Below, in pieces: positions 39,848-53,981 of a stretch of DNA of 64,000 bases. Under the pieces are notes generated by a model. The model was not told the DNA's origin and made no database searches. It was given only the letters and a program-made list of their open reading frames with translations. Location: contig OZ024743.1 of NCBI GenBank assembly GCA_964016885.1, forward strand, positions 203,484,001-203,548,000. Direction: 5' to 3'. The position numbers and the translations under genes were made by a program. The first letter of the stretch is position 1; every line of letters starts with the position of its first letter. The stretch comes from Eledone cirrhosa. Its lineage: Eukaryota.

Positions 39848-40617
39848 TTGCAGTTCTCTGGCTACAACCAAAGAGACAGAGTCAGAGTATACGAAGGAGC
39901 CATGGAGAAGTATAAGACCCTCATAGAACTGGACATGAAAGGAATTTGCCCATTATACAGGAGCAAATCATGGAATAGCTTAGATAGGGCTAGACATAAG
40001 ATAGGGAAAGCCATCTCATGGTACGACAGCCAGAGATACCAGAGTGTCATGTTTGTGGACGCTACCCCTGGAGGGAAATTAGCTAACCGGTGTAGAAAGA
40101 CCCTGAGAAAGACCCACTTGAAAATAAAGGTGGTAGAAAAGCCAGGAACCACCATAAAATCCCTGATCAGCAAAACCTACCCTTTTAAGAAAACCCACTG
40201 TACCAATAGGAAATGTATCATATGTAAGGTGAACCCCCGGATAAACTGTAAAACTAGAAACGTAGTCTATAGCCTAAGATGTACAGAGGGTACTTGCAGA
40301 AACATGACAACAACATACATAGGTGAGACAGCTCGTAGCATAGGTGAAAGGATAGACCAACACTGGGGGGAACTAAAAGGACGAAAAAACGGGTCAGTAC
40401 TATACGAACATGCTAGACAACAACATGACGGTAACATAGACAACATAGAAATTAGAATAATATCTAAACATAGAAATGACCCAGCAGATAGGCAAATCAG
40501 AGAGGCCAGTGAAATAGAAATTAGAAGACCAAGGCTAAACAGAAAGAATGAATGGAATAACAACAACACCCAAACAAACAACACTGACCTAAGAGATGTA
40601 TAAATAAGTAAATAAAA

Positions 40618-40648
<31 letters not shown>

Positions 40649-41160
40649 CATACACAAGCACAATAACAACAAGCACATAAACACACACTAGTCACCCATC
40701 ACACAGCAAACAAAACACTATACACACACGCAAACGCATGCGCAAAGAAGACAAAATAAAATAAAAAAACAAGCAAATAAATAAATAAATATATAGACAG
40801 ACTGAATAAAAATGGCGTAGACATACTATACAATAGGAGGAAAAAATATAGCACCACTGACGATGTTGCAGATGTGCAACGAAAGATTTATGATAAACTA
40901 TATATATGTGTTTGTGTCTATATTGTATCTGTATTATTTTTTTGACCGTCGGTCAGTCAATGGCAACATTGAGGACCGAGTAAGTTAGATTACCGATATA
41001 AAAGACACAGAAGCGAGAAGCGAAAACCAACCATACAGTGAGTGTGTTCTGTTATTAATTCTGGCAATATTACACAAATATGACCCTCCGCAAGTATAAC
41101 AATATTTGTTTCGACACACGATTTCATATAAAAAACCTCGCAAAACTATATATTTATATA
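39848..41160 (+). mobile_element. 5'-truncated Penelope-like element B (GIY-YIG end + pLTR)
   Basis: ORF 39848..40603 with CTNRKCIICK, NVVYSLRC, YIGETARS, EASEI, LNRKNEW; hammerhead core CTGACGA..GAAA at 40857. Confidence 0.88.
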
Positions 41161-41357
41161 TATAAACCACAGACCCTCCATCTCAACTCACCTTTTGAAA
41201 AGCAGAAGAACTGCGAAGTAAAGGAACCAAATAAAAATATATATATTTTTTAAAAAAATAAGACTTCAGTTGCATTTTCGATTTCATCTCTTTTTCTTTA
41301 TACTTTCACTCGTGTAGGACACCTCGGTTATTTTTCATTTTGTAAAAAAAACCTCAC

Positions 41358-41409
<52 letters not shown>

Positions 41410-41462
41410 GTGTGTGAGTGAGTGTATATGTATATATAAATGTGTGTGTGTGTGTGTGTGTA

Positions 41463-41502
<40 letters not shown>

Positions 41503-41629
41503 CGTCTTTGTGTATGACTAGGTTTTGAATGTGTATACAAATGGTTTTGAATGGGTATACGTGATTCAGAGATGAATTAGTTCGTGATGTTTATAAAATT
41601 ATATAATTCGATATATATATGATATATAC

Positions 41630-41815
41630 GGTGGATTGGCAGTATCGGTAGAGGGTCGGACGCCATGCTTTCCAGCATAGTTACGTCCCTTTACGATCTG
41701 AGTTCAAATCCCGCCGAGGTTGACTTTGCCTTTCATCCTTACGGGGTCGATAAAATAAAGTACCAATAATGCACTGAGTAATTGCTGGCCTTGTGCCTAA
41801 AGTAGAAACAATTAT
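41630..41815 (+). mobile_element. SINE copy
   Basis: Head, core and tail. Confidence 0.85.
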
Positions 41816-41901
41816 ATTATCTTCTTATTAAACATTAAGCTCAAAATACATTATATGTGTATGTGTATATATATGTATATATTTATACAATTATATATAT
41901 A

Positions 41902-41937
<36 letters not shown>

Positions 41938-43816
41938 CATATATATACATATGTATATACATATATATATGTATATATATATGTGTGTGTGTGTGAGTGT
42001 GTGTGTGTGTATAGATGTACATATATAGATATATGTAAATAAACATATTAACACATGCACACACATATACATACATATATGTATATACATATATATATAT
42101 TTATATATATATATATATATATATACATACATACATATATTTATATATATATACACATATATATATATATATATATAATATATATATCCAGCATTTTAAA
42201 GGGTCCGTCGAGCCGCCGATTATTGAGTCGGGTAGGATCGATACAGATCGAACCTTGAGCTGATCAGTGGCGAAACGCGCGTCACTTACCAATAAATGCA
42301 ATGAAGGAGTAATCAATCGTCCTTGTTATCTTTTCAATATATATACATATATATATTTATATTTATATATATATATATATATATTGAGAGAAAGGGTGAG
42401 AGGTAGATTGATAGATAGATATTAGAGAGCCAGAAAGACGGACAGACCGGGCAGCATATCGTTCGTTTCACTTTATATGCAGCACCACTATATCATTATA
42501 TATATATATATATATTTTTTTTTTTGTACGGCAGACGTTACCTTATGATTTTGAAATGCAGTCATAAAAACTATAGCGTAATAAACAGTGGCATAATTCG
42601 TGGATGAAGCTATGAAGCGACAGGGATGTTAGGGCGACGGGTTAGAAATGCTTCGGTATATGCTCCGGCTTACTAGGCTCTGAGTTTAAATCGCTTTCTG
42701 GGCCGGGAGTTGAAGTCATCTCTGGCTGGTTAGACCAACAAGGCCTTGCTCTCTCCTAGCATATCGATGCCCAACATAACTGGAACAACATCAAGTGTAA
42801 GTCCTCCTTCACGTGGATCGTATCTTCCTTGAACCAATACCACCTCCCTTGCCTACTCTCCGCCACTCAACCAAACACTAGCACTTTGTTCAATTCGGTG
42901 CCTTCCTCATCAACATGTATCTTTCTTTATGATGGGTACACCATTAGAATGGCACATCGCCTCGGCTTCCACATGTGTGAACCACACAGATACCGTTGTG
43001 GAGATAGGAGTGCACCCGTTATCCTGCCACCTTAGTACAAACTGACTCCCTACCATGCCGCTCTAAACAGCAGTATCTGAAAGTGCCCATACGCAGCCGG
43101 CTTCCATCCCAAATTGAACCAGTGACCTCAACCGTAACTATGGGAAATGCCCCGGCAGATTAATCCCCTTCTCTTTCGATGGAGGCAAACCCCTAAAATT
43201 CGTTTTCCCCTTCTAATCTTGTTGCTTCTGCCACAAACCTCGGCTTCGCTGTCCGCAATAAAGAGGAGAGGAAGATAGTTAAACACAGGTGCCTGATCGA
43301 CCGCGTCCTCTTTGTATCGGTCTCCGTCGAGAACTCTGGTTTCCTTGGTCCCCGTACTGCTGATTTCCTTCGTAAAATCAGAAAGGCGATTCTACCGAGG
43401 GTGCCTCCGACCATTCTCCGCCTTTATTTTGTCTGCAGGGGGGGGGGGGGCTGAGGTACCTACAGACAGGGATGTAATGTTTGTCCCTGCGCCATCTCCC
43501 TTTCTTTTGATGCTTCATTAATTTTTCTTTCTTTTTTCTTTTCATTACGTTTTTTTCCCCTTTAACACTGTTTTGTTTTTGTATAAACAGCTTCGTAAAA
43601 TAAATTACTTGGAAATGTCAAGCAATATTTGTTTTTGATCGCAACTTTCTGAATTCAAATACTGGCGTGGCGGACTTTGCCTTTCGTTATTCCGTGGTAG
43701 ATAAAATATATTTCCAATTAAAAACTGATGTTGATTTAATCGCTGGTTTTATACCGTAATTAGAAAATATAAACTGCTTTTCGTCAGTAATTTAGTTTGT
43801 ATTTATTTTTTGCTAG

Positions 43817-43877
43817 GGTCCAGTATCTTTCGATGGTCCAGATCGTCAGAGTTTAGCGGTAATTCAACAATATCAAG
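43817..43877 (+). CDS. GABA-B-R3: Host exon C, GABA-B receptor-like
   Basis: ttttgctag| acceptor, |gtaag donor, 61 nt. GPVSFDGPDRQSLAVIQQYQ(G) continues the GVS|GPVSF motif. Confidence 0.9.
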
Positions 43878-44154
43878 GTAAGAAAATACTATCTATTTAC
43901 GTTCATGTCATCTGACTGACGGTGTATTGGTACAAACATCAGATAATTGCTCAAGATGCATTGTGATTGTCAGTGTTGGTCTTTAATGTCTTCAGTTCAC
44001 ACTACACTAGGATCAATAGATAAAGTACCGGTTATATACTGAGGTCAATATAATCGATTATATTCTTCATTCAGCATGTACGTTTTTGTGCCTATGTAAT
44101 AAATAAAAAATATTGACTCACACGCGTAAAGTTATTATTAAAACCGTTGTAGAG

Positions 44155-44352
44155 AGGGACGGATTGGCAGTATCGGTAAAATGTCGGAAACCATGCTTGG
44201 CAGCATAGAGTTACGAATATTTACGTTCTGAGTTCAAATCCCGCAGAGGTTAGCTTTGCCTTTCATCCTTACATGGTCGATAAAATAAAGTACCGTTAAT
44301 GCTCTGGGGTCGATTTAATTGACTTTCCCCTCCCCAAATCAGAAACCATTAT
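44155..44352 (+). mobile_element. SINE copy
   Basis: Head and core. Confidence 0.8.
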
Positions 44353-44599
44353 TAAACCCGTTGTAACACTCGATACATTTCGTTGTATCTTTCGATTCAT
44401 ATAATTTATATTTCTATCGACGACTTCTGTTAAAGCCTCTTCATTTAAGCTTAACTTGCGATACTTAGTTGCTGCCTTTCACATTCTGAGTCTAAATTAC
44501 GTGACGGTCAAAGTTGCCTTTCACCTTTCGGAGTTTGATAAAACAAAGTACCAGCCAAGTACATGGTCGATTTAGCCGTCTAACTTTTCTATTGTTTGA

Positions 44600-45290
44600 T
44601 TTTGTGTGATGTTGTGCTTATGTTTTCCAGATTAAAACAAAATTGTTTCATTAGTGTGGCAGTATATGAAGAAGGAAATAAAAACGTTGGAATGAATCTT
44701 CTGGGTCGGATATTTTTATCCAAGCGGTGAAGTTGTTGGATAGAAGTTTTCTTTTGTGTGATAAATTATGTCTCGCTCATGATCACTGATAGATTTGAAT
44801 GTACAACGAAGTCCAACGTCTAGTAGCGGTTTAGTAATAGAGGGGTAAAATTGATTATATCAAACTGGGTGAATTCAGCTCTGTTCTTACATGGGATATA
44901 TTTGAACCAGGTTATAACCGATGATGTATTGTTTCAGAGTAACAGACTCATGTTGCTGATGATATGTGTGTTGATGTTTCCTAAAATCATCTTATTGGCT
45001 AGCCCTAATTTTTTTCTAGCTGGATTTATGAGCCTGCAGGATGGCCTGTTTGTAAAATCCGATTTGTGATCCTTCACGGTAATAAAAGCATCACGCTTAG
45101 CTCATCTTTCTACTCTATTGTCAATTTTTAAGTTTCTAGGTAGTTCTTTGGCTTCGTCGTTAAAAGAATTATAAGTGTCAGGTTTAACCTTCTGGTACTT
45201 ATCTGTTATATTGCTTAGAATACATATATATATATCTTTAAGTCGTTTGGAAGCCTCGACAATGCAAATGGGTAAATCTCCGGGTAACAA
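44600..45290 (-). mobile_element. Degenerate PLE RT N-terminal fragment
   Basis: NITDKYQK..EAKE..LKIDNRVE, AFITVKDHK.DF...P.CRLINP typical of PLE RT. Confidence 0.7.
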
Positions 45291-45490
45291 GATCCGGTGG
45301 TGGAGAGTCAGATGTAAGTGGGTGTACGTTGAGATGCGTGGTGTGTATAAGATGTGTGAGAGATGTAGAATGAAGGGAAGAGTATAAAGGATAAAATTAA
45401 AATAACAACACATTGTTATTTTTATTTTATCCTTTATACTCTTAAAGATATTTACTTATTATTTCACAATGCTTCAAGCAAACTTCAATA

Positions 45491-45566
<76 letters not shown>

Positions 45567-45579
45567 TTTTGAGTTTATG

Positions 45580-48500
45580 TTGGTTGTATACCAACAACAC
45601 CTCAGTATGCAGGCTGGAGCACTCGACGAAGTGCGCAGGTTGGTTTCGTTACTCCGGAGTAGTGTAAAATAAAGTTAAATAAAAGTCAAATGATTAAAAT
45701 TTAGCTTCGTTTATTACTGCTATATATATTTCAGTGACAGCCATCTTTGGCTGTGACCTCTTCAGGCAGTTTGAATTAGTATGGTATAGACAAGTACATA
45801 TGTTATTTAGGTGTATGATATTGTCAATACTCTGATATGCCCAGTTCCTTTTTGGGTTGTTAATTCACTGGGAAACTGGAGTCATATGAATTCAAACAAA
45901 CGAATTTTCGTGTCACAGGTCCCCTTCTCCTCTCATTGGTCAGTTATTAGAACATTCCTCATTCTAAGTGTTGTTATTGTTGGAGTTAGCTTAAAAATTG
46001 ATAAAATGGTAGAAGGGACAAGGTGTTAAAGGAACAAAATAACAAAAAAAGTGTCAAACTTCCCATTGTTCAGTTCTGAGAGCATTCCTCAGTCAGAAGT
46101 CTATAGAATTCTTTTAGGGGTGAGGCTCCCTGTAGTGTTTTTGCCTGCTATTATTCAGTACATTTGACCTCCACCATTATTTTGGTACTGTTGTTGTTGT
46201 AGTGGTCAGCTTATATCTTGCTGCTGCTAACAATTTAGAAGTATCCAGTTTGTGTTTTTTCTTCATCCCTCCCGCCACCATCGTAGTGGTGTTGGGAGGG
46301 GGGGGTCTTTCATGAAGATGAAGAAATATAAGGTAATAAATGAAGAAAACAGAAAATAAATAAATAATATAATAAAATAAAATAATTAATATAATTTGTG
46401 TAATTTGAAAATAAATAAATAAATAGAGAATAAAGAATAAAGAGTAAATGAGAGATTGGTGAAAAAGTAATGATAATGTATATGGAGAAGTGAGAAATAA
46501 TGTAGGATAAAGTGTGTGTGTGTGTGCTATAACCAATCTCAAGGTCAGAATATGTTGGATAGATTGGTATGATACAAGATGTTAAGATGAGATATTCAAT
46601 GTGTTTGTGTTATAATCAATCTCAACTTAAAATAAATATAAGGTGATACAGTGAAGAGGGCAGAAAACAAATAAATTAATAAAGAGAAATCAAGATTTAA
46701 GATTGGAACTTGAAAGTCAGAAATCTGGTAAATTAAAAGTGTTTGTGTTATAGATGTTGGCCAAATTATTATGGCTGTGTCCGATTCTATCTCTAGGCTA
46801 TCATGGTGTCTGCTCCGCCTGGGTTGTTCCCTGTGGCTTGAGGGGAGTTCACAACCTAGGGTGTTGTTATTGCCCATATAGCTTGAGGGTGGTCTGGCCG
46901 AGAGGTGTTTTCATGTTCTGTAGAAGTCCCTATAGCTTGAGGGGAGTTCACATCTTCTTGTGTTGCTACTGTCCATATATTTTGAGAAAGGTCCCGGCTC
47001 TAAGGTGTCTGCATGTCCCGAAGAACTCGGTTCTGAGGTTTATCAGGCCGCTTCCACCTCTTAGTATCTCGAGGGTCTCGTTCAGGCATAGTTTGCATAT
47101 GCAAGATCCCCCTTTATCGGGTGGTACTTTCCTGATTATGTACCAGGCCAGAGAGTATGGGGTCCTGTCCAGCTTAAGCTTCCAGATCAGGTCGGAGAGA
47201 GCTGTGCTTTTCCTTTTGGCCTCCTTCTTGAATGAATGGCGATGGTTGTACCAGCGGTCCTTAAAGCTCGTTGATGTGGCTCCTATGTAGAGGTGTTCGG
47301 AGTTGGGGGTTTTAACCCTACAACCGTACACTAAGTTCTTCTTGAGACATTCATTACCAAGGGGGCATGATTCGGGGTTTCTGCAGTTGCATAGGGTGGT
47401 CGGCCTCTGCGTGCCTAGATTAGGGTTCTCATTATGTGTTACATGTTGGTCTTCCCCCATGCTCGGTGGGGGGTCCTTGGGTCTGTTTGTGTTTCTTGGG
47501 TGGGCTCTGGGTCCCCCCTTCCCTCCTTTCACATGGTTCTGCTAAGTGTTTGTATTGCCATCTTCTGGTTGTGTGTGGTTTTTAAGCCTACTTCTGTTGA
47601 TGCTAGCTATGTGTTGGTCCAAATTTCTCGTGGTGGAATACGAAAGCTTCACAGTGTGTCTGTTGAAGATCCTGTGGTATCTGTGGTCCCTCGGGAAGCA
47701 TTTGTCAAGTGCTCCAAAGAATAATCGGGCCAAGATTTTCTTTAGGGCCGCTGAGTAGGGTGGGTTGTACCACGTGATTTGTCGGTGTCTCCTCCTATAC
47801 GTGTGGGTTGGGGGCTTCGTGATTTGTTGGAGATTTGTTGGGTTGCTGGTGGTTTCCGCATTGTTGCTTCCCTTTTGGGCTCTATACTTTTTGTTATCTT
47901 CGCGGCCCGGATTTGTGGGGTGGTTGTTGTCCGCCCCGGGGGATCCATGGTGGGGTGGTCGCCCCCCCCCCCACGTGTCCTGCGGTTGGGGTTGTCCGTC
48001 CTGGGGTAGTTAGCGTCGCGTCTGAGACTGCTACTCATATTGTGCTCCATCTCGTGGTCAAGCGCACTAGTCCCCACCGCCCGTGTGGTGGTGTCTGGTA
48101 CATGGTGCCTATTTGATTCTGCTCTGCCTGTATTGTTGGGGTTCGCCCTCCCCCCTCTGGCAACGCGGTTGTGGTTGTCTGTTGGGCTATCCACCTCTCG
48201 GCTTTTCGGACTATATGTTATATTTTGTCCATGTGCCGCCTTCTTTAGAGCTGCGTTGTAATATTCCGCGTGGTTGTTGAATATTTCCTTACTTGCGGAC
48301 AGGCTGGAGATCCTGTCCGAGACACTCTTCACCACTGCCTTGGTTATGGATCTAGGGTGGTTTGATTTGGCGTTAACATATACGAGTTTCTCGTTGGGCT
48401 TGTGGTAGGGGTAGTATTGCTCGGTGTTCAGGTTTAGGGTGGTGTCTAGGAAGTTAACTACCTTCCTATTTGGGTCTATTTCTATGCTGAGCCCCTGGTT

Positions 48501-48950
48501 CTTAAAGAAATGGCGAATACGCCTCCTCATACCCTCCAACATATTGGTGTTGTGGTCATGTACTGTGAATAGAGCATCGTCACGATATAATCCGCCGCCC
48601 AGGCAGGGGATTTCATCTTTTATCTGCTTCAGCAGGTAGAGCCCAACCAGGTCCGTTACCTGCGCTGAGTCGCTGGAGCCCATCGTGATGTCAAAGTTAT
48701 TTGGCCAATCACTCCTGGTCCAAAGGTCTCCATCGAAGCGGATTAAGGTCTGTCTTGCGACGTGGATGATGCTCACCTCCTCTCGGGTTAGGTCCGTATT
48801 GGACATCGCTAAAAATAGGGCCTTATTAAGTACTATGGGTGAGATTGAGGAGTAGTAGCTTGCGAAGTCCAGTTGTATAAAGCTGGTCCTACTTTTCTCA
48901 TGCAGTATTTTGAACCACTCTATTACTTCTCTCGTGCATGACCATTGACC
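45580..48950 (-). mobile_element. 5'-truncated Penelope-like element A (RT + GIY-YIG + pLTR)
   Basis: FIQLDFASYYSSI, FDITMGS.DSA, GLYRDD, NFLDTTL, YHKPN, SNHP; CNCR...CPLGNECL, LVYGC..YIGAT, CKLCLNE; broken by stops and frameshifts. Confidence 0.92.
45716..45770 (-). ncRNA. Minimal type I hammerhead in the PLE-A pLTR
   Basis: ACUGC CUGAAGA GGUCACAGCCA aaga UGGCUGUCACU GAAA UAUAUA UA^ GCAGU. Confidence 0.82.
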
Positions 48951-51900
48951 ACGGCTAATTCTGGACTGAATGAAAATTTATTCTGGTATTTAAATAGCCG
49001 AGCTCATCAAGGGGTAATTCCATATATGGTCAAAGAGATAATCACCAGGATTGGTCACATCACAAGTTAGTAGTAAATCTGTGATGGCAAATTGGTAGGG
49101 GAAGGGGTAGCTGAACCTGCCGGTAGGAGAAAAAGGGAGAGGGGGTGGAGTAGACACATTCATGCGTTGGTAGTGCCGGCTACAGCTGGGTGTGAGGTCA
49201 AAGAAGATACTGGGGAGGGGGAGGGGGAGGAAGTCGAAACGGTAAGTAGAACAATGTAGGGTAAAACTATAAAAAGTACTGAGAGAGAGAAAAAAAAATA
49301 AGCAAAGTCTGGTTACTAAGACTTAAGTCTCTCGTTATTGCTAGGCTAAAGAAATACATAAATAAATAAATAAATAAGTGAATAAAAGAATGGATAAATA
49401 AATTTAAAAAATATATATATAATGAAGAATAAAAAATAAATAAAAATAAACTAGGTGGGACGGAAATAAAGGGACCCTTATACGAGGTATAAGTGTGTGT
49501 ATCGTACGGTGACGCGTCAACAAAGGGGGGGGGGGGGGGCAAAATACTAAAGAGACTACCACGAAATAATAAAGGTTTCTACCCCAATCACAGGGCCAGC
49601 AACCACCCAGAGCAAGAAAGTAAACTAGTCGAGAATATCATTCAGGGTCCCGCAAAAAAATACTCGTGCTAACTCTAAGGGTACCGCCACGAAACAAAAA
49701 GTCTTATACAAGCTACATGAAAGATCGTACGAAGTAAAAGTAAAGAACGGAAAATTAATACAGAACTCCCCCCCCCCAAAAAAAAAGGGAAAAAGAGGAA
49801 AGAAATACTGGATAAACGAGAAATTAAAGCAAAGATGCTACTAAGAAATATAGAAGGCACGGAAAAAAGGGCAGCGGTCGGAGAAGGGTGCAAGTATCCG
49901 AGGTCTAACACCTCTGCTATAAAAAGCGGAGTCAGCCAAATCTATCATAGAATAGGGGAGGGGGTGGTGGTGCTGAAGCTACAAGGGACCGAGGGGCTAC
50001 CTCGGGTGGGCGAGAAAAAGACGACGACAAAGAAAGGGAACTGGGGTAGAAGGACTAGGGAGGGATGGGGGAAGGAGGAAATATAGAGGAAGCGATAAAA
50101 AAAGTAAAATAAGATCTTACGTCCCCATTGGCAAGCATACAAAATAGGCAAGTGGGGTGTTATAGCCCTATTCTACCCCCCCCCCCCCCGGTCATTATGG
50201 GGTTTGAGGTACTCATATTGTGCTCCATCTCGTGGTCAAGCGCACTAGTCCCCACCGCCCGTGTGGTGGTGTCTGGTACATGGTGCCTATTTGATTCTGC
50301 TCTGCCTGTATTGTTAGGGTTCGCCCTCCCCCCTCTGGCAACGCGGTTGTGAGTGTCTGTTGGGCTATCCACCTCCCGGCTTTTCGGACTATATGTTATA
50401 TTTTGTCCATGTGCCGCCTTCTTTAGAGCTGCGTTGTAATATTCCGCGTGGTTGTTGAATATTTCCTTACTTGCGGACAGGCTGGAGATCCTGTCCGAGA
50501 CACTCTTCACCACTGCCTTGGTTATGGATCTAGGGTGGTTTGATTTGGCGTTAACATATACGAGTTTCTCGTTGGGCTTGTGGTAGGGGTAGTATTGCTC
50601 GGTGTTCAGGTTTAGGGTGGTGTCTAGGAAGTTAACTACCTTCCTATTTGGGTCTATTTCTATGCTGAGCCCCTGGTTCTTAAAGAAATGGCGAATACGC
50701 CTCCTCATACCCTCCAACATATTGGTGTTGTGGTCATGTACTGTGAATAGAGCATCGTCACGATATAATCCGCCGCCCAGGCAGGGGATTTCATCTTTTA
50801 TCTGCTTCAGCAGGTAGAGCCCAACCAGGTCCGTTACCTGCGCTGAGTCGCTGGAGCCCATCGTGATGTCAAAGTTATTTGGCCAATCACTCCTGGTCCA
50901 AAGGTCTCCATCGAAGCGGATTAAGGTCTGTCTTGCGACGTGGATGATGCTCACCTCCTCTCGGGTTAGGTCCGTATTGGACATCGCTAAAAATAGGGCC
51001 TTATTAAGTACTATGGGTGAGATTGAGGAGTAGTAGCTTGCGAAGTCCAGTTGTATAAAGCTGGTCCTACTTTTCTCATGCAGTATTTTGAACCATTCTA
51101 TTACTTCTCTCGTGCATGACCATTGACCACGGCTAATTCTGGACTGAATGAAAATTTATTCTGGTATTTAAATAGCCGAGCTTATCAAGGGGTAATTCCA
51201 TATATGGTCAAAGAGATAATCACCAGGATTGGTCACATCACAAGTTAGTAGTAAATCTGTGATGGCAAATTGGTAGGGGAAGGGGTAGCTGAACCTGCCG
51301 GTAGGAGAAAAAGGGAGAGGGGGTGGAGTAGACACATTCATGCGTTGGTAGTGCCGGCTACAGCTGGGTGTGAGGTCAAAGAAGATACTGGGGAGGGGGA
51401 GGGGGAGGAAGTCGAAACGGTAAGTAGAACAATGTAGGGTAAAACTATAAAAAGTACTGAGAGAGAGAAAAAAAAATAAGCAAAGTCTGGTTACTAAGAC
51501 TTAAGTCTCTCGTTATTGCTAGGCTAAAGAAATACATAAATAAATAAATAAATAAGTGAATAAAAGAATGGATAAATAAATTTAAAAAATATATATATAA
51601 TGAAGAATAAAAAATAAATAAAAATAAACTAGGTGGGACGGAAATAAAGGGACCCTTATACGAGGTATAAGTGTGTGTATCGTACGGTGACGCGTCAACA
51701 AAGGGGGGGGGGGCAAAATACTAAAGAGACTACCACGAAATAATAAAGGTTTCTACCCCAATCACAGGGCCAGCAACCACCCAGAGCAAGAAAGTAAACT
51801 AGTCGAGAATATCATTCAGGGTCCCGCAAAAAAATACGCGTGCTAACTCTAAGGGTACCGCCACGAAACAAAAAGTCTTATACAAGCTACATGAAAGATC

Positions 51901-52399
51901 GTACGAAGTAAAAGTAAAGAACGGAAAATTAATACAGAACTCCCCCCCCCCAAAATAAAAGGGAAAAAGAGGAAAGAAATACTGGATAAACGAGAAATTA
52001 AAGCAAAGATGCTACTAAGAAATATAGAAGGCACGGAAAAAAGGGACAGCGGTCGGAGAAGGGGGCAAGTATCCGAGGTCTAACACCTCTGCTATAAAAA
52101 GCGGAGTCAGCCAAATCTATCATAGAATAGGGGAGGGGGTGGTGGTGCTGAAGCTACAAGGGACCGAGGGGCTACCTCGGGTGGGCGAGAAAAAGACGAC
52201 GACAAAGAAAGGGAACTGGGGTAGAAGGACTAGGGAGGGATGGGGGAAGGAGGAAATATAGAGGAAGCGATAAAAAAAGTAAAATAAGATCTTACGTCCC
52301 CATTGGCAAGCATACAAAATAGGCAAGCATACAAAATAGGCAAGTGGGGTGTTATAGCCCTATTCTACCCCCCCCCCCCGGTCATTATGGGGTTTGAGG
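48030..52399 (-). repeat. ~2.18-kb tandem duplication (PLE-A RT piece + ~1.25-kb non-coding segment)
   Basis: Near-identical RT ORFs start at 48806 and 50984 (offset 2178); few substitutions. Confidence 0.92.
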
Positions 52400-52493
52400 G
52401 CGAGGTAAGTCCTACGTAATCGGTGTTTACATGCAGTAACCAGTTCATCTTTCTTGTTTAGGAGTTGGTCCGTCGAAAACAACATTTGTATAA

Positions 52494-53275
52494 ATTTTCC
52501 GTTCTTTACTTTTACTTCGTACGATCTTTCATGTAGCTTGTATAAGACTTTTTGTTTCGTGGCGGTACCCTTAGAGTTAGCACGAGTATTTTTTTGCGGG
52601 ACCCTGAATGATATTCTCGTACTAGTTTACTTTCTTCCTCTGGGTGGTTGTTGGCCCTGTGATTGGGGTAGAAACCTTTATTATTTCGTGGTAGTCTCTT
52701 TAGTATTTTGCCCCCCCCCCCCCCCCCTTTGTTGACGCGTCACCGTACGATACACGCACTTATACCTCGTATAAGGGTCCCTTTATTTCCGTCCACCTAG
52801 TTTATTTTTATTTATTTTTTATTCTTCATTATATATATATTTTTTTTATATATTTATCCATTCACTTATTTATTTATTTATTTATGTATTTCTTTAGCCT
52901 AGCAATAGCAGAGACTTAAGTCTTAGTAACCAGACTTTGCTTTTTTTTTTTTCTCTCTCAGTACTTTTTATAGTTTTTACCCTTCATTGTTCTACTTACC
53001 GTTTCGACTTCCTCCCCCTCCCCCTCCCCAGTATCTTCTTTGACCTCACACCCAGCTGTAGCCGGCACTACCAACGCATGAATGGGTCTACTCCACCCCC
53101 TCTCCCTTTTTCTCCTACCGGCAGGTTAAGCTACCCCTTCCCCTACCAATTTGCCATCACAGATTTACTACTAACTTGTGATGTGACCAATCCTGGTGAT
53201 TATCTCTTTGACCATATATGGAATTACCCCTTGATAAGCTCGGTTGAGCTCAGCCGTCGGGGTCTTACTTGTTCC
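52494..53275 (+). mobile_element. Inverted copy of the non-coding segment ending in a hammerhead-like remnant
   Basis: Reverse complement of ~51175-51930; ends CCCC TTGATAA gct CGGTTGAGCTCAGCCG TC GGGG, then (TA)n. Confidence 0.8.
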
Positions 53276-53277
53276 TA

Positions 53278-53350
<73 letters not shown>

Positions 53351-53387
53351 GTATATATATGTATATATATATATGTATATATATATA

Positions 53388-53470
<83 letters not shown>

Positions 53471-53723
53471 GTATATATATAGTAATAATATATATAGTAT
53501 ATATAGTAATAATATATATATAGTAATAAAAAATTTGAAGACTAAAATCCAAAGAGGGCACGATAAGGATAAATATATATCAAATATATATTAACCATAG
53601 AGCAAATATTCATTAAAATAACAGATTAAAGTTTAAGCAAAGAATCGCTGCTTTCACCCTTAACGGGATCTTCTTAAGGGTGAAAGCAGCGATTCTTTGC
53701 TTAAACTTTAATCTGTTATTTTA

Positions 53724-53763
<40 letters not shown>

Positions 53764-53981
53764 GGGGGGGGGGGTTGAAAGCATAAAAAGGATTAACTGA
53801 AAAGTACAAAGGCCAGAGTTATTTAGAAGTTTCAACAAAAAAGGATTTTCAAAATAACAGTTTGTTAGCCCTTACATTTCGGAACCTCTTAATAAATGTA
53901 TGTATGTAACTATAACAATGTGCATATACACACGCAAAAATAAATACAGACGTACATGTATAGAAGTATGCATACATACAT

